A stretch of DNA of 64,000 nt from Diplonema japonicum. Lineage: Eukaryota; Protista; Euglenozoa: Diplonemea. How positions within the stretch are numbered: position 1 is the first letter of the stretch; each line of letters begins with the position of its first letter. Shown here in pieces: positions 58,003-64,000 of the stretch. The notes beneath the pieces are model-generated. The model was not told where the DNA came from, did no database searches, and saw only the letters and a program-made list of their open reading frames with translations. Location of the stretch: assembly GCA_964019335.1 (NCBI GenBank), contig OZ025694.1, forward strand, positions 186,001-250,000, in the 5' to 3' direction. The translations under genes were made by a program, and so were the position numbers.

Positions 58003-59319
58003 ATGTCTCTCGAAGATACGGTGAATAACCTTAACCAGACGACCCGGAGCGTCAAAAGTAACAAAAGCAGCAAGAGCAACAAAAGCGGGACAAACTCAAT
58101 GTCGGCCACTCAAAGGGACAGGGACCGCTTGGACGAAATCACAAAGCAAGCCGCCGTGAAGCTCGGCCTGAACGAGACAGAGGCCAAACAGCTGTACTGG
58201 GGCGGCCTTCAAACAGAAATTGTAAAAGACGGAGTAAAAGAGAAGAAAATAGTAACACCAGACACCTCTAGAAGGGTCATGCAGGAGGACATTGAAATCA
58301 TAGAAGAAAGGGTGATCCCGTCTGTAGCTGAGGTACGCATAATTCTTAACGAGCCTTTTGAACGTTTGGGCATTATTTTCGCAGGAGACACACCGAGGAT
58401 AAAATCCATCGAACCCCGCTCTCCGGCTGCCAGATCTGGTCTGCTACCCATGTCGGTCGTGACGAAAATCGACCATCTTGACATTTACAACTCCCTCCAG
58501 ACGATGGTGCAGTACCTGAAGTCCATCCGACTGGCAAAACGAACAGAATTCATGATTGAAGTTTTCTATGAAACACCGCCATTAAACCTTTTTGACGCAT
58601 TCCAAGGTTTCCAATCACCAGGCCTGTCAGATATAAAACGTATCGATCCGTCTGACGTGTTTCGAAACAGGAAACGAGACTGTGCTACATACCACCCTAC
58701 ACCAGCGGATACAGACGCAACTTACACATTTAAGAACACCATTGAAAATTCTCAAAAGATCGTTGATTCGAAAAAGACTTCCCTCCGGTATCCTGAAATC
58801 GGCAAGGAGTATAACAGTCCAACCGATGCTAATATCCCAGTAACCGTCAACCACCCTGTTTTTAAAATCCCCGAATGGTTGTGGAAAATCAGTTTGGATG
58901 AGGAAAGCAAGCGAGGCGACATACTTAGACACTACAAAGGTTTTCTTCTCCAAGTCTCCCGGGAGTTTTCTATGTTCGACGGCATAAAATCCGTGGCGGA
59001 AACCCTGCTTCGAGAGATCTCGGCAGCGGGATTTGCCTATTACCAGGAGCCCGTCGGGTGGAGTACTGTGACGGTGTGGGAGTTCGATTTGAAGCCGTTT
59101 ATGCGACCACCTCAAGAACCGATCGCCACACCCCTCCCTCCTTTTTCCCAACAAGACTGGGTCAACCCCGTTCCTAGGGAGGTACAATCTCTTCATTACC
59201 CAACATCCGCGAGGAGAGGAACCGTGATGACTCCTGCCGACATCCCACGCTGGGCGGAAAAATCCTTCCGCGTTGTTGCGTTATTTGCGTGCGGGGGCTT
59301 GGGAAGGTCCCCCCAATAG
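58003..59319 (+). CDS. PDZ-like domain-containing hypothetical protein
   Basis: ERLGIIF..RIKSIEPRSPAARSGLLPMSVVTKID. Confidence 0.7.
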   Translation: MSLEDTVNNLNQTTRSVKSNKSSKSNKSGTNSMSATQRDRDRLDEITKQAAVKLGLNETEAKQLYWGGLQTEIVKDGVKEKKIVTPDTSRRVMQEDIEIIEERVIPSVAEVRIILNEPFERLGIIFAGDTPRIKSIEPRSPAARSGLLPMSVVTKIDHLDIYNSLQTMVQYLKSIRLAKRTEFMIEVFYETPPLNLFDAFQGFQSPGLSDIKRIDPSDVFRNRKRDCATYHPTPADTDATYTFKNTIENSQKIVDSKKTSLRYPEIGKEYNSPTDANIPVTVNHPVFKIPEWLWKISLDEESKRGDILRHYKGFLLQVSREFSMFDGIKSVAETLLREISAAGFAYYQEPVGWSTVTVWEFDLKPFMRPPQEPIATPLPPFSQQDWVNPVPREVQSLHYPTSARRGTVMTPADIPRWAEKSFRVVALFACGGLGRSPQ

Positions 59320-59418
59320 ATTTTTTTTTTCCCCCCCAATTTTCTTTTTTTTTTTTTACCCCAAGGTTTTTTATTGTTTAAGAAGGGAGGGGGGGTGAGG
59401 GAGAAAAAAAAAAAAGAA

Positions 59419-60684
59419 ATGGACTCTAAAAGCGACCGTCGCAAACGAATGATCACACTGACGCATAACAATGGTGTCAGCAGCATACGGGAGATCGATG
59501 TGGGGAGCGTGCTGCGGCCCAGGCAGGTCAACGAACTGCAGAACAGCGGGGAGATGCACCGCAAGCGCGCATTGAGCGGCATTACAAGCCCCACATGTGG
59601 CGGGAACACCAACAACAACACCAGCAACGCGTCTGGATACCGCACATGGAGGGACAGAAAGGTTCCCCCCCCACCGTCGACAGGCTTCGAGGCGGAGGAG
59701 ATCTTCACGACAAACAGCACCACCGCCAGGACAGCAACACAGCGTGCCCCGACACCAACAACAACAACAACAGCCAAGAAACGGTCTATTTCCACCCCAG
59801 GTAACACACCGGCAGCACCGCAGCAACACAATCAGATCCTTTCACCCCCTGGGCAGGCACCTTCAGTCGACCTCGAGGAACATAGAAAACTACAGGAAGC
59901 CGTTAAGAAACTAGAGGTACAGGTCAACAATATCACACCGCAAGCTCCGTACACTGTTAAAAGCGTTAAGAGGGAAACACATTTGGAGGTTAGGGAATCC
60001 ACATTGTTCTCACCGTGCGAGCCGAGCGTGGAACTTGAAGAGCACCAACTTCTACAAGAGAAAGTGCGAGCGTTGGAATCGCAAGTAAAACTTTCCCACG
60101 AATCGGTTGCAAGGGTACGGGAGAACTTCAAAACACTTCAAGCAGTACACGAGCAGAGCGTCTACGACATCGAAGCCTTGAGAGATGAGAGGGAAACGTT
60201 GGCAATCCGGTTGGCCGAAGGCGGCGAAGGGGAACACGTTAAGTACTTTGCAGAGGTGGAGAAGAATGCGATGTTGGAAGAGAAGGTGAGAATGCTGGAA
60301 GAGGGTGTGAACACTGAGGGAATCGATGACCTCAAGATACGGTTGGTGTCGGTGATTAAGAAATCGTTTGAGGAAAAGGAGGAGATGAAGCGCAAGATCT
60401 TTGCGCTCGAGAGTCAGCTGCACCGTGACACCCTCGACCACCAGGCGCAAGCTGACGATTTGCAAGCTAAGATCACAGCATATGTTACAGAAATCGCCGT
60501 TCTTAAGGACTTTCGTTCAAACATGCGAATAAGCTCTAACTCAGTTGCGTCTTACCAGCAAGCCCTACCTGACAAGGATGCCGCCGACAGCAACTCGGCG
60601 ACGGCCGCAGCCATCGGCCTCACACCTCCCACCCGTCCTGCCGCGTTGCGAACCCTCCCGGTCCACGCTGACCTGTTGCCTTAA
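59419..60684 (+). CDS. Hypothetical coiled-coil protein
   Basis: Long ORF with a heptad-rich C-terminal half; duplicated PSV(D/E)LEEH..LQE.V..LE.QV unit. Confidence 0.7.
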   Translation: MDSKSDRRKRMITLTHNNGVSSIREIDVGSVLRPRQVNELQNSGEMHRKRALSGITSPTCGGNTNNNTSNASGYRTWRDRKVPPPPSTGFEAEEIFTTNSTTARTATQRAPTPTTTTTAKKRSISTPGNTPAAPQQHNQILSPPGQAPSVDLEEHRKLQEAVKKLEVQVNNITPQAPYTVKSVKRETHLEVRESTLFSPCEPSVELEEHQLLQEKVRALESQVKLSHESVARVRENFKTLQAVHEQSVYDIEALRDERETLAIRLAEGGEGEHVKYFAEVEKNAMLEEKVRMLEEGVNTEGIDDLKIRLVSVIKKSFEEKEEMKRKIFALESQLHRDTLDHQAQADDLQAKITAYVTEIAVLKDFRSNMRISSNSVASYQQALPDKDAADSNSATAAAIGLTPPTRPAALRTLPVHADLLP

Positions 60685-60924
60685 AAATTGTGTTGTTGTT
60701 GTTGTTGTTTTTCTTTTTTTTTTAGATTTCTTTGTGTTTCCTCTCTCTCTAGATGTAATTTTTTTTTTTTCCCCCCTCACCCTTCCCCCTCCCTTTTTTT
60801 TTTTTATCTTTTTAAATTCTCATCATTCCGTTTGTGTCCAACCCCCCCCCAGTAAAAAAATACACGACAAAGAGCGAAAGAAAAAGAGGAAAAGAAGAAG
60901 AAAAAAAAAAAAACAATAACAAAA

Positions 60925-61863
60925 ATGCAAGCATCTGTCGTGGAGACGTTTAAGAAAGACGGCCTCGCGGTGGTCAAGAACTTCGCCGATAAAAAAACGG
61001 TCGATGGGATGTTGAAGAGGATGGACGAGCTGCTTGAGTCATGGGACCCCGCAGAGTCCCTCGACTCCGAGTTCCAGGTTGCGGACGATGCCCACGTCAG
61101 CAACAGCTACTTCGTCGAATCTGCCGATAAAATCAGGTTTTTTTTGGAACCCGGCGCGGTGTCAAAGGGCGTCTTGAAACCCGGAATCGACAAGAAGGAA
61201 ACCGTCCACAAGGTGGGCCACGGTCTTCATATTATGGACCCTGTGTTCAAAGCGTACAGCGCCTCGAATAAGGTGAAAGAGGTGGTCAAATCCTTAGGTT
61301 ATCAAGACCCGGTCCTGCCTCAATCTATGTACATTTTCAAGCAAAAGCTGATCGGCGATCCTGCGGCGATTCACCAAGACTCTACCTTTTTGTTCACCAC
61401 TCCACGCCCGACATGTTTGGGGTTGTGGCTGGCATTGCATGATGCCACATTGGACAACGGATGTTTATGGGGAAGGCCTGGGTCTCACGAAGAGGGAGTA
61501 CGCAGGATATTTAAACGAAACCCGAAATATTTTTCCGACGGCAAGGAAGAAGAACGACCGCTTATTTTCGAACCGCTCCCTGATGCCGCCCAGATTCCTG
61601 ATGAGGGGCGGATAGTTACCACTGCTGAGGAAGCCTACAGCCTTGGTTACAAGCCTTGCCCTGTCTCTGCTGGGGATCTAGTTCTGATTCATGGCGAAGT
61701 CGACCATCTCTCCCTGCCGAACCACTCTAGCAGCTCCCGGCATACCTATCAGCTGCATCTTGTTGAAGGCCCGAAGGCTGGTTGTACTTGGTCCCCCACC
61801 AATTGGCTTCAATACAAAGATGGCCGGCCGTTTCCTAGCCTAGCATTGAGTGAAGAAGGGTGA
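60925..61863 (+). CDS. PHYHD1: Phytanoyl-CoA dioxygenase domain protein (2OG-Fe(II))
   Basis: YFVESADKIRFFLE, KVGHGLH, QSMYIFK, HQDSTFL, DATLDNGCL, HGEVDHLS, SRHTYQLH. Confidence 0.88.
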   Translation: MQASVVETFKKDGLAVVKNFADKKTVDGMLKRMDELLESWDPAESLDSEFQVADDAHVSNSYFVESADKIRFFLEPGAVSKGVLKPGIDKKETVHKVGHGLHIMDPVFKAYSASNKVKEVVKSLGYQDPVLPQSMYIFKQKLIGDPAAIHQDSTFLFTTPRPTCLGLWLALHDATLDNGCLWGRPGSHEEGVRRIFKRNPKYFSDGKEEERPLIFEPLPDAAQIPDEGRIVTTAEEAYSLGYKPCPVSAGDLVLIHGEVDHLSLPNHSSSSRHTYQLHLVEGPKAGCTWSPTNWLQYKDGRPFPSLALSEEG

Positions 61864-62100
61864 AAAAAAAGAAAAAAAAAAAGTGAAAAAAAAAGAAAGC
61901 TAACCCCAAAATTCTTTTTTTTTTTTTTTTTTTGTTCTCTTAAACGAAGATTGATTTTAAAATAGGGGTCTCGCAATGGTCCCTTTTTTTTTTCTTTTTT
62001 TTTTTTCCCCGATGTTGAAGGGAGATAGATGCAGGTTTGAGTAATGAAAAAAAAAAAAAAAAAAATCTTTTTAATTTTCTTCTTCTTTTTTTTTAATATT

Positions 62101-62233
62101 CTGTAAAACACATTAATTTCCGGAAGGAAGATTTACCGGAAGGAAAGATTACCGGAAGCTTCGGCGAACCGGGAAAAAAAAACCCCCCTTTTTTTTTTTC
62201 TTTTTTACTTCCGGTAATTTATTTGTTTTACAG
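62101..62233. mobile_element. MITE related to the 43831-45289 TIR element
   Basis: CTGTAAAACA..AATT.CCGGAAG inverted at both ends; internal CCGGAAG repeats; TA TSD not preserved. Confidence 0.65.
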
Positions 62234-62399
62234 CATTTTTTTTTTCTCCCTTTTTTTTTTCCCCCCTCCTTCCCATCAAATTTCTGAATAACTAAAAAAA
62301 GATTTTTTTTTTTGACCTAAGAGAACGCTGTCTTTTTTTTTTTGAGATTCCTATGAATAATAAAGTTGGAGGGGTATAAAAAAAAATCAAAAGAATAAG

Positions 62400-63068
62400 A
62401 TGGATTTCAAATTTCCCAGCGCAAAGTTCTCCAATCGGCTGGAAACACTGCCACAAGGGGAGCAAGGGTACATGTTCATCATAATGGGCGGGTCCTTCAG
62501 CCCGATCCACAAATCGCATCTGAAGTGCATGGAGGCTGCTAAGGAACGCTGCGAGGCTGAGGGGTACGCAGTACTGGGTGGCCTCTTAGTGCCGTCTACT
62601 GACAGGCATGTGATGTACAAACTGGGCGACGAAGGGTTAAAAAAAGAAGTCAGGAACAAGCTGTGCCAGGACTGTGTGGAGGACAGTGACTGGATTGATG
62701 TGCTTACTTCGGAAAAAAACTATGCCGACACAAGAATGGTAAGGTGGAACCTTACTAATGCACTGCCTGAGGTGTTGGACATATGCCCGGATGACATTAC
62801 CGTCTACGAGCTGTATGGCTCTGACATTGTGAGTACCTCTTCAGAGAAGCTACTCGTCGTTGTTCGCGACCCCTCGCATGCACAACACCTACAAGAAGCT
62901 ATAGACAGTGGAATGGCCAACCCTGGATTTTATCTCATATCTGATCCTTCTATAGAGCCCTTCTCCAGCACCGCTGCTCGGTTGGCGGTTCAGAACAGGG
63001 ATGTTGTCGCCCTGCGCACAATGCTCCCTCACAAGGTCCTTCTTGAGCTCTACCCTTGGGCCGTCTAA
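62400..63068 (+). CDS. NMNAT-like nucleotidyltransferase (HIGH superfamily)
   Basis: GGSFSPIHKSH, GGLLVPSTDRHV..K, SDWIDV, YGSD, FSSTAAR. Confidence 0.78.
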   Translation: MDFKFPSAKFSNRLETLPQGEQGYMFIIMGGSFSPIHKSHLKCMEAAKERCEAEGYAVLGGLLVPSTDRHVMYKLGDEGLKKEVRNKLCQDCVEDSDWIDVLTSEKNYADTRMVRWNLTNALPEVLDICPDDITVYELYGSDIVSTSSEKLLVVVRDPSHAQHLQEAIDSGMANPGFYLISDPSIEPFSSTAARLAVQNRDVVALRTMLPHKVLLELYPWAV

Positions 63069-63204
63069 AGAGGTTGGTGTGACAATCGGAGAAAAAAAAA
63101 AAAAAGAAAAAAGAAACGATGATGACAAAAATAAGAATTAAACACTTCCCCGCCCCCATTCCCCGTTTGCCCTAGCCCTTTATGGGGGGAGGAGGGTGGG
63201 ATTC

Positions 63205-63235
<31 letters not shown>

Positions 63236-63662
63236 TCGTACTAACCCCGGTTAAAAAAAAAAAAAAAAAAAACAAAAAAAAAAACGATTTTGACTCCCTC
63301 TCTTTTTTTTTTCTTCAAACAAATGGAGTTTCGAAACTCCTGATTCTTTTCTCGTTTCAGTGCTGTAGGAACTCGAAGGACGAGGCCATTCTTCGCATCA
63401 GGACAGACAGCGCAGAAGACGGAGTTGAAGGACTACGACAAGCTTTAAAGGCGACAAGATATCGATAGGGAGGAAGGCTATGCATTAATACATAGAAACT
63501 CGCACCACAAGAGGCTGTCCTCAAGTGGTTTAGTTTTGAGTTAAATCTTGAGTTTTCTTTTGTTCCTCCTCCCATGCTCTGCTTCTTCCCTTCTCAACAC
63601 GACTCAATCACATATCAGTGAACACTTGCTAAAAGAAAAAGAACACACACGCAAAACGAGAA

Positions 63663-64000
63663 ATGTATTCACCCCAGCACCTTGAGAAGTACAGGAAAGG
63701 GGAGCGCCTCGGAAAAGGGGGCCAGGGGTCGGTGTACAAGGCGGTGAGGGTGGCGGACGGGAAGGAGTTCGCAATGAAGTTGGTAGAGGCGGCGACAAGG
63801 GAGGAGCACGAGAGGCACGTGAAGGAGGTGGTGAACATGCTGCAGCTAAAAGACGAGAAGGTGGTCCCGTGCTTTGACTACTTCGAGACGACAAGGGAGC
63901 TGGCTGCTGGGGTGACGCAGTGGAAGCTCCACATCGTGATGCCCCTGTACACTGGAGGGGACTTGCAGAAGCTTCTGGAGAGGGAGGGACCGCTCTCTCG
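63663..64000 (+). CDS. Ser/Thr protein kinase, N-terminal part (runs off the window; NEK-like possible)
   Basis: Manual translation: MYSPQHLEKYRKGERLGKGGQGSVYKA..FAMK..KEVVNM..LHIVMPLYTGGDL. Confidence 0.85.
   Translation, partial: MYSPQHLEKYRKGERLGKGGQGSVYKAVRVADGKEFAMKLVEAATREEHERHVKEVVNMLQLKDEKVVPCFDYFETTRELAAGVTQWKLHIVMPLYTGGDLQKLLEREGPLS

Noticed and set aside
25345-63068. SLOG-SLATT plus NMNAT-like gene as an NAD-based defence island
   Set aside because: 31 kb apart with unrelated genes between; polycistronic clusters are not functional operons.
63357-63545. Coding-like island upstream of the last kinase
   Set aside because: Short, no ATG-initiated + strand ORF or recognisable motif.
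1-64000. tRNA, rRNA or spliced-leader RNA genes
   Set aside because: None recognised by eye; tRNAscan-SE or Infernal would be needed to exclude them.

Overview
Eukaryotic nuclear DNA, most likely euglenozoan and probably diplonemid-like (inference). Every credible gene is on the + strand, as in a polycistronic cluster. Intergenic DNA is rich in poly(T)/poly(A) tracts, and several genes carry short GT-AG introns. Genes: two tandem ABCC/MRP transporters showing patchy homogenisation, an adenylate-cyclase fragment, a G8/beta-helix-like ectodomain receptor kinase of MAP3K type, two divergent paralogues of an unrecognised domain, a zinc-knuckle protein, a ~2000-aa SLOG(TRPM-like)+2xSLATT protein, Leo1, an LRR protein, an SDR, a GH27 alpha-galactosidase, a PDZ protein, PHYHD1, an NMNAT-like protein and a truncated kinase. 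Mobile DNA: a near full-length, frameshifted APE-RT non-LTR retrotransposon with an N-terminal OTU protease and a partial HDV-like ribozyme fold at its 5' end, plus two truncated relatives; three piggyBac-type TTAA elements; a TA-flanked TIR element with a related MITE; a Crypton-like palindromic remnant; and short dispersed repeats. The strongest candidates for a novel system are the OTU-LINE and the SLOG-SLATT protein. All domain calls come from recognising motifs by eye; no database searches were run.
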